The notes under the pieces were generated by a model, which did no database searches, was not told where the DNA came from, and saw only the letters and a program-made list of their open reading frames with translations. From an uncultured bacterium (lineage in GTDB: Bacteria > Actinomycetota > Actinomycetes > Actinomycetales > Microbacteriaceae), in contig CAWBCL010000001.1 in NCBI GenBank assembly GCA_963787305.1, positions 22,724 through 86,723 of the forward strand: a stretch of 64,000 nt of DNA. The letters are read 5' to 3'. Of the stretch, positions 9,880 to 21,314 are shown piece after piece. Numbering within the stretch: position 1 is the stretch's first letter; the number at the start of each line of letters is the position of its first letter. A program made the translations under genes and the position numbers.

Positions 9880-11442
9880 ATGACTGGAACCACCTCAACC
9901 GCGCCGCTCAGCGCCGAGCTCGTGCGCGATCTGTGCAGCGACCTGACGGCGACCAGCGGCACCGTTGCAACGGTCATTTCGCCCTTCACCGGTGCCCCGT
10001 TGCACGATTTGGCGTTGTCGAGCGCAACCGACGTCGTGGAGGCCGCTGCCGCCGCCCGCGCCGCCCAGCGAGCCTGGCACGCCGCCGGCCACGCCCACCG
10101 TCGCGCGGTGTTGCTGCGGGGTCACGACCTGCTGCTGGAGCGACGCGAACGGGTGCTCGACATTCTGCAGACCGAGACGGGCAAGACCCGCGGTCAGGCC
10201 TTCGAGGAGGTCTTCCAGGGGGCGTCGGTCGCCCGGTACTACGCGGTCGCCGCACATCGGATTCTGCGGGACCGCCGTCGCAGGGCCGCCATCCCGGTGA
10301 TCATGCAGACCCGGGTCGACTACACCCCCAAGGGGCTCATCGGAATCATCACCCCGTGGAACTATCCCGTAGCGCTGACGCTCATGGACGTCCTGCCCGC
10401 ACTTGCCTCGGGCAACGGCGTCGTGCAGAAGGCGGACAATCAGGGCGTGCTGTCGATTCTGGCGGCGCGCCGGGCCTTCATCGACGCCGGGGTGCCCGCA
10501 GCGCTGTGGGCGGTCGTGGCGGGGCCCGGTGACGTCGTCGGCAACGCCGTAGTGGATGCCGCGAACTACGTGTGTTTCACGGGCTCCACGGCGACCGGCA
10601 CACGAGTGGGTGAGCGCGCGGCGAAGTCGCTGCACGGGGCATCCTTGGAGCTCGGGGGCAAGAACCCGCTCATCGTGTTGGATGACGTCGTTGCCGAGAA
10701 GGCGGCGTCGGCCGCGGTCTACGGCTGCTTCTCGTCGATGGGCCAGCTCTGCGTCTCGGTCGAGCGCATCTACGTACACTCGAGCGTCGCCGAGGCGTTC
10801 ACCGACGCGTTCGTGCGTCGCGTCGGCAGCCTCACTCAGGGTTCGGCTCTCGACTACACGACGGATGTCGGGTCGCTCACCTCGGCCGCACAACTAGAGC
10901 GCGTTCGTGCCCACGTCGACGACGCGGTCGCCAAGGGCGCGACGGTTCTGACCGGCGGTCGAGCTAGGCCCGACCTCGGACCCTACTTTTACGAACCGAC
11001 GGTGCTCACCGGCGTGACGAGTTCGATGGAGTGCTTCGCCGACGAGACCTTTGGCCCGGTGGTCGCGATCCAGGTCGTCGCGAGCGAAGCCGAGGCGGTC
11101 GCCGCCGCGAACGCGAGCGAGTTCGGTCTCAACGCCTCGATTTTCAGCGGCTCGCGCCGTCGCGCCCGCGCTCTCGCCGTTCACCTTGACGCGGGGAGCG
11201 TCAACATCAATGAGGGGTATCGCGCGAGCTTCGGCAGTGTCGACGCCCCCATGGGAGGCATGAAGCAGTCGGGTCTCGGTCGCCGGAATGGGCCGGAGGG
11301 CATCCTTCGGTTCATGGATGCCCGCACGATCTCCGAGACGACGGGTCTGCTCGCGCTGCCGCGCACGGGCCAGCAGTGGGCCCGCCTCGCCCCGCTGATG
11401 CTGCTTGTGCTTCGCGTGCTGAAAGCGGTACGGCGGGCCTAG
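9880..11442 (+). CDS. Aldehyde dehydrogenase (succinic semialdehyde dehydrogenase GabD2-like)
   Basis: ITPWNYP, FTGST, LELGGKNP, GQLCVSVER, ETFGP, PMGGMKQSGLGRR. Confidence 0.88.
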   Translation: MTGTTSTAPLSAELVRDLCSDLTATSGTVATVISPFTGAPLHDLALSSATDVVEAAAAARAAQRAWHAAGHAHRRAVLLRGHDLLLERRERVLDILQTETGKTRGQAFEEVFQGASVARYYAVAAHRILRDRRRRAAIPVIMQTRVDYTPKGLIGIITPWNYPVALTLMDVLPALASGNGVVQKADNQGVLSILAARRAFIDAGVPAALWAVVAGPGDVVGNAVVDAANYVCFTGSTATGTRVGERAAKSLHGASLELGGKNPLIVLDDVVAEKAASAAVYGCFSSMGQLCVSVERIYVHSSVAEAFTDAFVRRVGSLTQGSALDYTTDVGSLTSAAQLERVRAHVDDAVAKGATVLTGGRARPDLGPYFYEPTVLTGVTSSMECFADETFGPVVAIQVVASEAEAVAAANASEFGLNASIFSGSRRRARALAVHLDAGSVNINEGYRASFGSVDAPMGGMKQSGLGRRNGPEGILRFMDARTISETTGLLALPRTGQQWARLAPLMLLVLRVLKAVRRA

Positions 11443-11819
11443 GTCGATTCGCCGTCGAACGGCGTGGCCGCCCCTTCGGCGATTTTGCGCTGACGCTGGG
11501 CGTACGCCGATTCGATCGGCGGCTTCACCGAAGGCTTTGCCGGCGGCGTGATCTTTACCGGTTCGTCTTCGGTGAGGGCCTCGCGAATGATCCGCCGCGG
11601 GTCGTACTGGCGAGGGTCGAGCTTCTTCCAGTCGATCTCGTCGAAGTCGGGGCCCATCTCCTCGCGCATGCGATCCTTCGCGCCGTTCGCGAAATCACGA
11701 AGTTTGCGCACGAGGCGTGCCAGCTGAGACGCGTAGTAGGGCAAGCGTTCCGGGCCGAGCAAGAAGACAGCAATGATCCCGATGAGCAGCAACTTGTCGA
11801 AAGTTAGACCGAAGGACAC
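11439..11819 (-). CDS. tatB: Sec-independent translocase subunit TatB
   Basis: FGLTFDKLLLIGIIAVFLLGPERLP...DPRQYDPRRIIRE...PFDGEST; start placed at GTG 11819. Confidence 0.9.
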   Translation of the reverse strand: MSFGLTFDKLLLIGIIAVFLLGPERLPYYASQLARLVRKLRDFANGAKDRMREEMGPDFDEIDWKKLDPRQYDPRRIIREALTEDEPVKITPPAKPSVKPPIESAYAQRQRKIAEGAATPFDGEST

Positions 11820-11882
11820 TCGTTCAGGATAGTCGGCGCGCGCGACCGCTGCGTCTACAGTGGAGCCAATGAGGAGCCGCAC

Positions 11883-12515
11883 GTGTCCGACAAGCAACTG
11901 AGCTGGAAGTTCGCCGAAGAGTTTGTCGTCGAACCCCCCGCGATCGCCGCAGCCCGCCAACACTCTCTCGAGCTTGGCGTGGAACCGATCGCCCCGTCCG
12001 TCGGGTCGCAGCTCGCGGTGATCGCGGCAGCGACCGCAGCTACGAGCATCATCGAGATCGGAACCGGGGTCGGGGTCAGCGGACTCTGGATGCTGACCGG
12101 CGCTCCCGAGGCAGTGTTGACGTCGATCGACGTCGAGCTCGACCACCACACCGTGGCACGAAAGACGTTCCTGGATGCGGGGCATCCCGCCAACCGAATC
12201 CGTCTCATCGGCGGGCGCGCATCGGAGGTCTTGCCTCGAATGAACGAGGCAAGCTACGACATCGTGTTCATCGATGCCGACCCCGCATCCGTTATCGAGT
12301 ACGTCGAGCACGGACTGCGACTCGTTCGCCGCGGAGGAACGGTTCTCGTTGCCCACGCTTTGTGGCGCGGCAGAGTCGCCGATCCGGCGCAGCGCGACGA
12401 TACGGTCGCCGACTTCCGGCTACTGCTCAACGAGATTGCCGCGTCTGAGGCGGTTCTTAGCGCGCTCTCCCCCGCTGGGGATGGGCTGCTTCAACTGACC
12501 AAGATCAGCGACTGA
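11883..12515 (+). CDS. O-methyltransferase (Rv1220c-like)
   Basis: IIEIGTGVGVSG, YDIVFIDAD, GDGLL; usual neighbour of tatB. Confidence 0.88.
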   Translation: MSDKQLSWKFAEEFVVEPPAIAAARQHSLELGVEPIAPSVGSQLAVIAAATAATSIIEIGTGVGVSGLWMLTGAPEAVLTSIDVELDHHTVARKTFLDAGHPANRIRLIGGRASEVLPRMNEASYDIVFIDADPASVIEYVEHGLRLVRRGGTVLVAHALWRGRVADPAQRDDTVADFRLLLNEIAASEAVLSALSPAGDGLLQLTKISD

Positions 12516-12521
12516 GGCCGA

Positions 12522-12695
12522 CTAGGCCGGGGCAACGACCCCGGCGAGTGCGTCGTGAAGTTCGCGTGCCTCTGCGTCATTGACGGACACGACCAAACGC
12601 CCGCCACCCTCAAGGGGAACGCGCACAACAATGAGCCGACCCTCCTTGACAGCCTCCATCGGCCCGTCACCGGTCCTCGGTTTCATGGCTGCCAT
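12522..12695 (-). CDS. DUF3117 small protein (57 aa, not in the ORF track)
   Basis: Hand translation MAAMKPRTGDGPMEAVKEGRLIVVRVPLEGGGRLVVSVNDAEARELHDALAGVVAPA matches the conserved actinobacterial DUF3117 signature. Confidence 0.9.
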   Translation of the reverse strand: MAAMKPRTGDGPMEAVKEGRLIVVRVPLEGGGRLVVSVNDAEARELHDALAGVVAPA

Positions 12696-12779
12696 TGGTA
12701 GACCCCTTTCACGTGCCGCAATCGGAAAAGCGCGACCCTTCTATTATCGTTCATTCCTCGCGAAGGGGAAACCGAGCGG

Positions 12780-13985
12780 TCACGGCGGAGTCCAGTCGTA
12801 GCCGTCGACGCGCCAGGCGATCGCGATCCACGCGGCCTGCCCCGCGATGAACCCCAGCACAATGAAAACCCGGTACCAGCGCGAGCGCGGTTGGGCGAGC
12901 ACGCCGAGCAACGGAAACAGCGGCATCACGAGGCGGAAGGTGCTCGACTGCGGGAAGAACACCGCGAGCAGGTAGATGGCGTAGCTGGCCACCCAGAACC
13001 GCAGGTCCGGTCCCAGTCGGCGAGCCCACGGGGTAAACAGCAGCGCGAAGAACCCCGCAACCCCGACCCCGACGATGCCCACGAGCATGGGGGTAGGCAT
13101 CCCCCAGATCGAGGCCCAGAACCCGGCTGCCTGCAGCCACGGTGCAAACGGCACCAGTTCGCCGTAGCCCACGTACGCGGCCCGCCAGGCCAACTCGGTG
13201 TCGGTGTACGCAGTGGGCGAGCCCGTGAGCGCCCACGCCACGAGCAGCCACGCAACGCCGGCGAACGCGCTGAACAGACCGACGACGATGGATGCCACGC
13301 GCTCGGGCCAGTCGAACGGGTCGCGGCCCCGCGTCAGCCATCGGTGGATCACGTGCATGAGCATCGCGAGCGCAAAGGCGAGCCCGCTGGGTCGAGTGAG
13401 GGCCATGACCGCGATGACCGGCAGCATCATCCAGTACCGTCGCCGCAGCAGCAGGTAGAGGGCCGCGGTGAGCAGGAACAGGTGCATCGACTCGGCGTAC
13501 GACACCTGCAGAATCGGGGACAGCGGAGCGAAGCAGAACAACACCACGGCGAACATCCCGGTGCTCTGGCCCACCACCAGGCGCATGAGCCGGTAGAACA
13601 GCAGCGCGGCGGCGAGCGCGAACCCGACCGAGACGAGAACACCCACCACCGGAAAGTCGAGGGTCGTGAGGAACATGACGAATCGCACGACCGCGGGGTA
13701 GGCGGGCATGAACGCCCACGCGCTCTCGCCGACGTGGCCGTCGGCGGTCATCGGCAACTCGGTCGGATATCCCACCGCGGCGATGATGTAGTACCAGTGG
13801 CCGTCCCACATCTTCGCGAACTCGAAGTAGTTGGGGGATGCCCCGGTCCACGCGTTCGCGGGCTGCGCCGCGGCGGATGCCAGCAGCAGCGCCGTGGTGA
13901 CGATCCGCGAGGCGATGAAGATCGCCAGAACCGTCGCCCACCACGGCAGGCGACCCAGTCGGTGCGCTACGCCCCGGTCAGCCAC
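12780..13985 (-). CDS. Integral membrane GT-C-type mannosyltransferase-like protein (PIG-V-like)
   Basis: WDGHWYYIIA..GYP, AFMPAYP, YAESM, TRPSG motifs; multiple TM helices. Confidence 0.7.
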   Translation of the reverse strand: MADRGVAHRLGRLPWWATVLAIFIASRIVTTALLLASAAAQPANAWTGASPNYFEFAKMWDGHWYYIIAAVGYPTELPMTADGHVGESAWAFMPAYPAVVRFVMFLTTLDFPVVGVLVSVGFALAAALLFYRLMRLVVGQSTGMFAVVLFCFAPLSPILQVSYAESMHLFLLTAALYLLLRRRYWMMLPVIAVMALTRPSGLAFALAMLMHVIHRWLTRGRDPFDWPERVASIVVGLFSAFAGVAWLLVAWALTGSPTAYTDTELAWRAAYVGYGELVPFAPWLQAAGFWASIWGMPTPMLVGIVGVGVAGFFALLFTPWARRLGPDLRFWVASYAIYLLAVFFPQSSTFRLVMPLFPLLGVLAQPRSRWYRVFIVLGFIAGQAAWIAIAWRVDGYDWTPP

Positions 13986-15052
13986 GCCCGCAGTCCCCGC
14001 TCGCAGGCGATGATCTCTGCCACGTCGACGCGCTCGTCGTCGGCGTGCGCCTTCATGGGATCGCCAGGTCCGTAGTTGACTGCGGGGATTCCGAGCGCGG
14101 AGAAGCGAGCGACATCCGTCCAGCCGTACTTGGGGAAGGCCGATCCCCCGACCGCCGCGAGAAACTCTTGGGCGAGCGGCGCATCGAGGCCCGGGCGGGC
14201 TCCCGGCGCGAGGTCGGTGACTTCGATCTCGTAGCCGGCAAAGATCTCGTGCAGGTGAGCGATCGCATCGTCTTCCGATCGGCTCGGGGCGAACCGATAG
14301 TTGACGCTGACTACGGCGTCATCGGGGATCACGTTGCCCGCGACCCCACCCGAGATTCCCACAGCGTTGAGCCCCTCGCGATAGACAAGGCCGTCGACTT
14401 CGATCTCTTCAGCGACAAAGTTCGCGAGAATCGACAACACCGGGGCCAGCGCGTGGATCGCGTTGCTGCCGACCCACGATCGGGCGCTGTGTGCCCTCAC
14501 GCCGCGCAGTCGGATGTCGACTCGGGCCGTTCCGTTGCATCCGCCTTCGACGGTCGCGCTCGTCGGTTCACCCAGGATCGCGAAGTCTCCCTCGAGCAGA
14601 TCGGGGCGCGCGTCCGCAAGCCGACCCAGCCCGTTGAGGTGGCTTTCGACTTCTTCGTGGTCGTACCAGATCCACGTCACGTCGACCGCGGGCTCGGTGA
14701 GTTCCGCCGCAAGCTTGAGCGCTACGGCGACCCCGCCCTTCATGTCGACGGTGCCGCGACCCACGAGAAAGTCGCCGTCGAGGCGCACCGGCAGGTTGGC
14801 GTTGACGGGAACCGTGTCGATGTGACCGGCTATCACGACCCGCCTGGCCCGGCCAAGGGCCGTTCGGGCCACGACCGCGTCGCCGTCGCGGAACAGCTCG
14901 AGGTGACTCAAGCCGGAGAGGCTGGCTTCTATCGCGTCGGCGACGGCGCGTTCATTGCCGGAGACCGACTCGATGTCACACAACTGGCGAGTGAGGTCGA
15001 CGACGGTACCCGAGAGATCGAGTGGGGAAGAGGCGGAATCGGTGACGGGCAC
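13967..15052 (-). CDS. dapE: Succinyl-diaminopimelate desuccinylase
   Basis: [42 protein letters not shown]. Confidence 0.93.
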   Translation of the reverse strand: MPVTDSASSPLDLSGTVVDLTRQLCDIESVSGNERAVADAIEASLSGLSHLELFRDGDAVVARTALGRARRVVIAGHIDTVPVNANLPVRLDGDFLVGRGTVDMKGGVAVALKLAAELTEPAVDVTWIWYDHEEVESHLNGLGRLADARPDLLEGDFAILGEPTSATVEGGCNGTARVDIRLRGVRAHSARSWVGSNAIHALAPVLSILANFVAEEIEVDGLVYREGLNAVGISGGVAGNVIPDDAVVSVNYRFAPSRSEDDAIAHLHEIFAGYEIEVTDLAPGARPGLDAPLAQEFLAAVGGSAFPKYGWTDVARFSALGIPAVNYGPGDPMKAHADDERVDVAEIIACERGLRAWLTGA

Positions 15053-15078
15053 CTAGCCAGTTTAAGTACTCTGGGTAC

Positions 15079-16017
15079 ATGACTTCACGCACGGCCTGGG
15101 GCTACGGCTTGGCAACGGTTGCCGGCGACTCGACGGTTCTCGACACCTGGTTTCCCACGCCCCACCTCGGCGCACGTCCCGTGGGAGCGGATCCGCACAT
15201 CGCTCCTGCGGAGTTCGAGTCGCTCGAGGGGGCAGACGACCGCAGAAACGTGCGCCTAAACTTCGTGACCGTCGAGATCGATCTGGATGCTCCACCCGCG
15301 TCCACCTCGGACGCGTACCTGCGGCTGCACCTGCTCAGCCACCTCCTCGTCGCACCGAACACCATCAACCTCGACGGCCTGTTCGGCCAGCTGCCGATTG
15401 TCGTCTGGACGAATGCCGGCCCGATTCATCCCGCCGACTTTGCCCGACTGCGTCCCCAACTGCAGCGCGCAGGCATCGCCGCGACCGGCATCGACAAGTT
15501 CCCCCGAATGATCGACTACGTCTCGCCTGAGCGGGTGCGAATCGCGGATGCGTCGCGGGTGCGACTCGGCGCACACCTCTCCCCCGGTACGACAGTCATG
15601 CACGAGGGTTTTGTCAACTTCAACGCGGGAACGCTCGGCACATCGATGGTGGAGGGGCGGATCTCGCAGGGTGTCGTCGTGGGCGATGGGGCCGACATCG
15701 GCGGCGGAGCATCCATTATGGGAACCCTCTCGGGCGGAGGAACTCAGCGCGTCTGGATCGGCGCCAGAGCGCTCCTCGGTGCGAACTCGGGAGTCGGAAT
15801 CGCGATCGGCGATGACACCGTCGTCGAGGCCGGACTCTACGTGACCGCGGGCACCAAGGTGTCAGTGCTCGGCGGCGCGGAGCCCCGCACGGTCAAAGCG
15901 GTCGAACTGAGCGGGGTTGCCGGGCTGTTGTTCCGTCGCAACTCCGTGACGGGCGCGGTAGAAGTTCTTCAGCGCGACGGCACCGGTGTCGAGCTGAACG
16001 CCGCCCTGCACGCCTGA
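15079..16017 (+). CDS. dapD: Tetrahydrodipicolinate N-succinyltransferase
   Basis: [44 protein letters not shown]. Confidence 0.95.
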   Translation: MTSRTAWGYGLATVAGDSTVLDTWFPTPHLGARPVGADPHIAPAEFESLEGADDRRNVRLNFVTVEIDLDAPPASTSDAYLRLHLLSHLLVAPNTINLDGLFGQLPIVVWTNAGPIHPADFARLRPQLQRAGIAATGIDKFPRMIDYVSPERVRIADASRVRLGAHLSPGTTVMHEGFVNFNAGTLGTSMVEGRISQGVVVGDGADIGGGASIMGTLSGGGTQRVWIGARALLGANSGVGIAIGDDTVVEAGLYVTAGTKVSVLGGAEPRTVKAVELSGVAGLLFRRNSVTGAVEVLQRDGTGVELNAALHA

Positions 16018-16027
16018 CAGGCGAGTT

Positions 16028-16621
16028 CTAGCGCTCGCGACTGTCTAGGTCGTTGAGGTCGCCCAACAGCCCCAGCAGCCGTTCGCCGCGTTCCCTGGTG
16101 TATCGAGCATCCTGCACGACGCCGGTAGCGAGTGCGGCCTTCGCTGTGATGGATGCCGCGATCTCGCGCCATGCCGCCGCGTGCGAGCCCTCCACGAGCT
16201 CCGCGACGAACGCGTCGTCCGTGCTGAGTTCACGCAGCCGCTCGGCGAGGCTCCTGGACACCGCCGCGCGACTCTCGAGCGCCTCGAGATCGGCCTGCCG
16301 GTAGTCGGAGTGGCTGTGTGAACTGCCGCTGCGCAGCGCAGCACGGTCGCGCTCGGTAATCAGTCGCTGGGCATCGCCGTCTTTCTCGACGGCGAGGTTC
16401 TCGAGTTCTTGCCGCACCGCCGCCGCGGTTCGATCGATCGAGTAGTCGACGCGGTCGCGCATTGCCTTGAGAATCACCAGGTTCTTGATCGCGAGCCGCG
16501 TAGCCGCCGCAGCGATGAGCACGCCGTCGTCGACCATCTCCTCGATCGTCGCGTGGTGAGTCTCGACCGGTCCGACATAGCGGCCGAGGCTAAACCGTCT
16601 GTTGCGTCGAAACCACTTCAT
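16028..16621 (-). CDS. Hypothetical helical protein
   Basis: 197-aa ORF directly downstream of gltA with plausible codon usage; no motif recognised. Confidence 0.6.
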   Translation of the reverse strand: MKWFRRNRRFSLGRYVGPVETHHATIEEMVDDGVLIAAAATRLAIKNLVILKAMRDRVDYSIDRTAAAVRQELENLAVEKDGDAQRLITERDRAALRSGSSHSHSDYRQADLEALESRAAVSRSLAERLRELSTDDAFVAELVEGSHAAAWREIAASITAKAALATGVVQDARYTRERGERLLGLLGDLNDLDSRER

Positions 16622-16643
16622 GGCGATCCCGGGCGAGATTGCC

Positions 16644-17939
<1,296 letters not shown>

Positions 17940-18017
17940 CGCTACAGCTTATAAGGACATCCCCGCCACTGTGACAGGCGACAAGGGGTTGCTCGTGCCG
18001 TTAGAGAAACCCGACAG

Positions 18018-19124
18018 TCAGGCGAGCAGGTCGAGACGCGCGGCGGCGTCCGCGATTGCGGCATCCGGTGCCGTCAGCGCGATGCGCACGTGCGTCGACT
18101 CGCCCGACGTGTAGAACGTCTCGGGAACCACGAGGATGCCCATCTCGGCGAGGAACGCGACAGTCGCCCACGAGGGCTCCCCGCGGGTCGCCCAGAGGTA
18201 GAGACCGGCCGCACTCTCGTCGATACGAAAGCCCGCAGCCTCGAGTGCCGGGGCGAGCACCGCCCGGCGGGCACGATAGCGCTCACGCTGCTCGGCAACA
18301 TGGGCCTCGTCCGCCAGCGCCGCAACCATCGCCGCCTGCACGGGTGCCGGCGGAATCAGCCCAGCGTGCTTGCGCACCGCGAGAAGTTCGGCGATGAGAC
18401 CCCCGCAGCCGGCGACAAAGCCCGCCCGGTAGCCGGCCAGGTTCGACTGCTTGCTGAGCGAGTAGACCGCAAGCACGGAGTCACGGCTGCCCCCGATGAC
18501 GCGCTGATCCAGGATCGAGGGGGTTGCGTGCTGCCCCTCCCAGTTGAACTCGGCGTAGCACTCGTCGCTGGCGATGACGGCGCCGAGCTCGCGTGCCCGC
18601 GCGACCGCGGCGGCAAGTTCATCGATCGAGAGCACCCGCCCGTGCGGGTTGGCCGGGCTGTTGAGCCACACGAGCCGAGTCGTCTGCGGCCAGTCGGCCG
18701 GGTCGTCGGATGCCACGGCGGTGGCTCCAACGAGCGCTGCGCCGATCGCGTAGGTCGGGTACGCCACCTCGGGGTGAACGACGATGTCGCCCCGCCCCAG
18801 GCCGAGCATGAGCGGGAGCAGCGCAACGAGCTCCTTCGATCCGATCGTGGGCAGCACGTTGGCAGGGGAAAGGCCCTGCACATTTCTCCTGCGGGCGAAC
18901 CACTCGACTATCGCGTGGCGCAACTCTTCCGTGCCTGCCGTCTGCGGATACCCGTGCGCGTCTGTCGAGGCAGAGAGCGCCGCTCGAACCGAGTCCGGCG
19001 TCGGGTCAACAGGGGATCCGACCGACAGATCGATAAACCCGTCGGGATGACTGCGCGCGCGTTGCGCGAACTCGGTCAGCGAGTCCCACGGAAAGTCGGG
19101 CAGGTCGAGCGGGACGCGGGCCAC
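18018..19124 (-). CDS. dapC: N-succinyldiaminopimelate aminotransferase
   Basis: DLSVGSPVDP, GSKELV, NSPANP, SDECY, SLSKQSNLAGYRAG; GTG start overlaps the fdxA stop. Confidence 0.92.
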   Translation of the reverse strand: MARVPLDLPDFPWDSLTEFAQRARSHPDGFIDLSVGSPVDPTPDSVRAALSASTDAHGYPQTAGTEELRHAIVEWFARRRNVQGLSPANVLPTIGSKELVALLPLMLGLGRGDIVVHPEVAYPTYAIGAALVGATAVASDDPADWPQTTRLVWLNSPANPHGRVLSIDELAAAVARARELGAVIASDECYAEFNWEGQHATPSILDQRVIGGSRDSVLAVYSLSKQSNLAGYRAGFVAGCGGLIAELLAVRKHAGLIPPAPVQAAMVAALADEAHVAEQRERYRARRAVLAPALEAAGFRIDESAAGLYLWATRGEPSWATVAFLAEMGILVVPETFYTSGESTHVRIALTAPDAAIADAAARLDLLA

Positions 19125-19450
19125 TAGCCTTCGCCGCCGCCTGCGGGAAGCGCGGCGATCAGCGGGTGATCGGAGTGGATGACGCCGACCTTCGATGCCC
19201 CGCCCGGCGAGCCGACCTCGTCGAAGAACTCGACGTTCGCCTTGTAGTAGTCCGCCCACTTGCTCGGCAGATCGTCTTCGTAGTAGATCGCCTCCACCGG
19301 ACACACCGGCTCGCACGCGCCGCAGTCGACGCACTCGTCCGGCTGGATGTACAGCATCCGGTCACCCTCGTAAATGCAATCGACGGGACACTCATCGATG
19401 CACGCGCGATCTTTGAGATCGACACAGGGTTGGGCGATGACGTAGGTCAC
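19124..19450 (-). CDS. fdxA: Ferredoxin (7Fe type)
   Basis: MTYVIAQPCVD..DRACIDECPVDCIYEG...CVDCGACEPVCPVEAI. Confidence 0.96.
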   Translation of the reverse strand: MTYVIAQPCVDLKDRACIDECPVDCIYEGDRMLYIQPDECVDCGACEPVCPVEAIYYEDDLPSKWADYYKANVEFFDEVGSPGGASKVGVIHSDHPLIAALPAGGGEG

Positions 19451-19486
19451 GGGAGAAAAAAACCTTTCGCGGCAGGGACTCCAATA

Positions 19487-20362
19487 TTACCGTGCGCGGC
19501 GACGCGCTCGGGGCCAGGCCAGCGTGACAACCACGATCAGCGTGATGCCCGCCAGTAGCGCGTACCCCACGACATTGTCGGGAACCAGCACGGAGCCGCC
19601 CGAGGATCGACTGGCCAGAACGAGCGTCGACACAACCACGCCGATGGCCGCCGCCGCCGCGACGACCCGCGTGCCAAAGACGAGCCGAAGTCCGGCGAGC
19701 AGACAGAAGACGATCGTGAGCGCCGCGATGATGCCCCACGGCACGGTAACGCCGGCGAACTCCGCGCTGGCCTGATGGGCGACTGTCACCGTCGCGCCCG
19801 TGATGGCTCCGATGACTGCCGCCAGCACTATCGAACCGATTCGGGATGCCACCGACTGCTCGGCGAACGCTCCGACCGGCTTCAGTCGCGCTAGTCGTTC
19901 GGCGATCGCCGGCGCGGCCGCCGATTGTCCCGCGTACACGGCGAGCGCCGCACGCTTGCGGTCCAGGGCCGACGGTGAGTCGACCACGACGTCGGTACGG
20001 CCCTGGCCCGCTACAACGGCGTAGAGGGGAACGCCCAGCGCCTCCGCGGCGGAGCGCGTCGCACGGTGCGCGTACGCGCGCACCGGTTCCTCGCGACGAC
20101 CGTCGGCTCCACAGCTGACGACCACGTCGGGATTGAGCTCGACGATCACGTCGGCGATGTCCGCGGCGGTTCCGTCGTGAATGCCGGGCAACACTCGATG
20201 GTCGACGACTCCGAGTTCGGCAAGTGCCTCCGGCGCCGTGCCATCACCGAGCGACAGCACCGTGACGGTCGAGCCCCGATCGACGAGGTCGGCAATGGTC
20301 GCGCCCGTCGCGGCGGTCTCGTCGCCGGGACGCGCGTTAACGAACAACACCCGCTCCGTCAT
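19487..20362 (-). CDS. PIG-L/MshB-fold protein with degenerate metal motifs, fused to a 4-TM C-terminal domain
   Basis: VLFVNARPGDETAATGATIA (canonical HAHPDDE), PDVVVS; hydrophobic C-terminus ending GGSVLVPD. Confidence 0.7.
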   Translation of the reverse strand: MTERVLFVNARPGDETAATGATIADLVDRGSTVTVLSLGDGTAPEALAELGVVDHRVLPGIHDGTAADIADVIVELNPDVVVSCGADGRREEPVRAYAHRATRSAAEALGVPLYAVVAGQGRTDVVVDSPSALDRKRAALAVYAGQSAAAPAIAERLARLKPVGAFAEQSVASRIGSIVLAAVIGAITGATVTVAHQASAEFAGVTVPWGIIAALTIVFCLLAGLRLVFGTRVVAAAAAIGVVVSTLVLASRSSGGSVLVPDNVVGYALLAGITLIVVVTLAWPRARRRAR

Positions 20363-20420
20363 TGACGTCCTCTCACTTTGGGTCATGGCCAAGACTACGC
20401 CGCGATTGAGCCACTGAATG

Positions 20421-20439
20421 TTAGGTTAGGCTTACCAAC
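20421..20439. promoter_or_regulatory. IdeR/DtxR iron box
   Basis: TTAGGTTAGGCTTACCAAC, close to the DtxR consensus TTAGGTTAGCCTAACCTAA, 20 nt upstream of the FTR1 permease. Confidence 0.8.
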
Positions 20440-20459
20440 ACTCGCTTGAAAGGTTCTGC

Positions 20460-21290
20460 GTGTTCGCCAACTTTCTTATCGGGCTCCGCGAAGGGCTCGA
20501 AGCCGCTCTCATCGTGGGCATTCTTGTCGCCTACGTTCGCAAGATCGGTCGCGATGACCTCATCCCGCGGCTCGTCATCGGGGTCGGTCTGGCGGTCGCC
20601 CTCTCCCTGGCGACGGGTGCCGTTCTCACTTACGCAACCGACGGCCTGTCTTCGGCGGCGAAGGAGACCATCACGGGGCTGCTCTCCATCCTCGCGACCG
20701 GGTTCGTGACCTGGATGGTGTTTTGGATGCTCCGAGCGGCCCGCGGCCTGTCCGGCCAGCTGCGCGGCGAGGTCGACGGCCACCTCTCCGGGGCCGGATG
20801 GGGCATCGTGATTGTGGCGTTCCTCGCCGTCGTGCGTGAAGGCCTCGAGACCGCCTTGTTCATCTGGGCCGCCGTACAGTCGAGCGGCACGACCGCGCTG
20901 CCGCTGTTCGGAGCCGCGCTCGGGATTGCCGTCGCCGTCGTACTCGGGTACCTGATTTACCGCGGCGTGCTGTCGATCAACCTGGGCATCTTCTTCAAGT
21001 ACACCGGCGCCATCCTCATCATCATCGCGGCAGGCGTGCTCGCCTACGGTGTGCACGAGCTCCAGGAGGCAGGCGTGCTGCCCGGCGAAGACCTGCTCGC
21101 CTTCGACGTTTCGGCGGCCATCCCGCCCGATAGCTGGTACGGCTCGCTGCTGCGCGGCACCGTCAACTTCTCGCCGGCGACGACCTGGCTGGCGGCGGGT
21201 GCATGGCTGGTCTACGTCGGGATTGTCATGACGATCTTTGTGACCCGATCCCAGCGTCCACAGCCGTCGAACGCGCCGGCAGCACGGTAG
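20460..21290 (+). CDS. efeU: FTR1-family iron permease (EfeU-like)
   Basis: Two REGLE motifs (LREGLEA, VREGLET); about 7 TM helices. Confidence 0.9.
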   Translation: MFANFLIGLREGLEAALIVGILVAYVRKIGRDDLIPRLVIGVGLAVALSLATGAVLTYATDGLSSAAKETITGLLSILATGFVTWMVFWMLRAARGLSGQLRGEVDGHLSGAGWGIVIVAFLAVVREGLETALFIWAAVQSSGTTALPLFGAALGIAVAVVLGYLIYRGVLSINLGIFFKYTGAILIIIAAGVLAYGVHELQEAGVLPGEDLLAFDVSAAIPPDSWYGSLLRGTVNFSPATTWLAAGAWLVYVGIVMTIFVTRSQRPQPSNAPAAR

Positions 21291-21314
21291 GCCGGCGCGT
21301 TCGAGGCGATGAGA

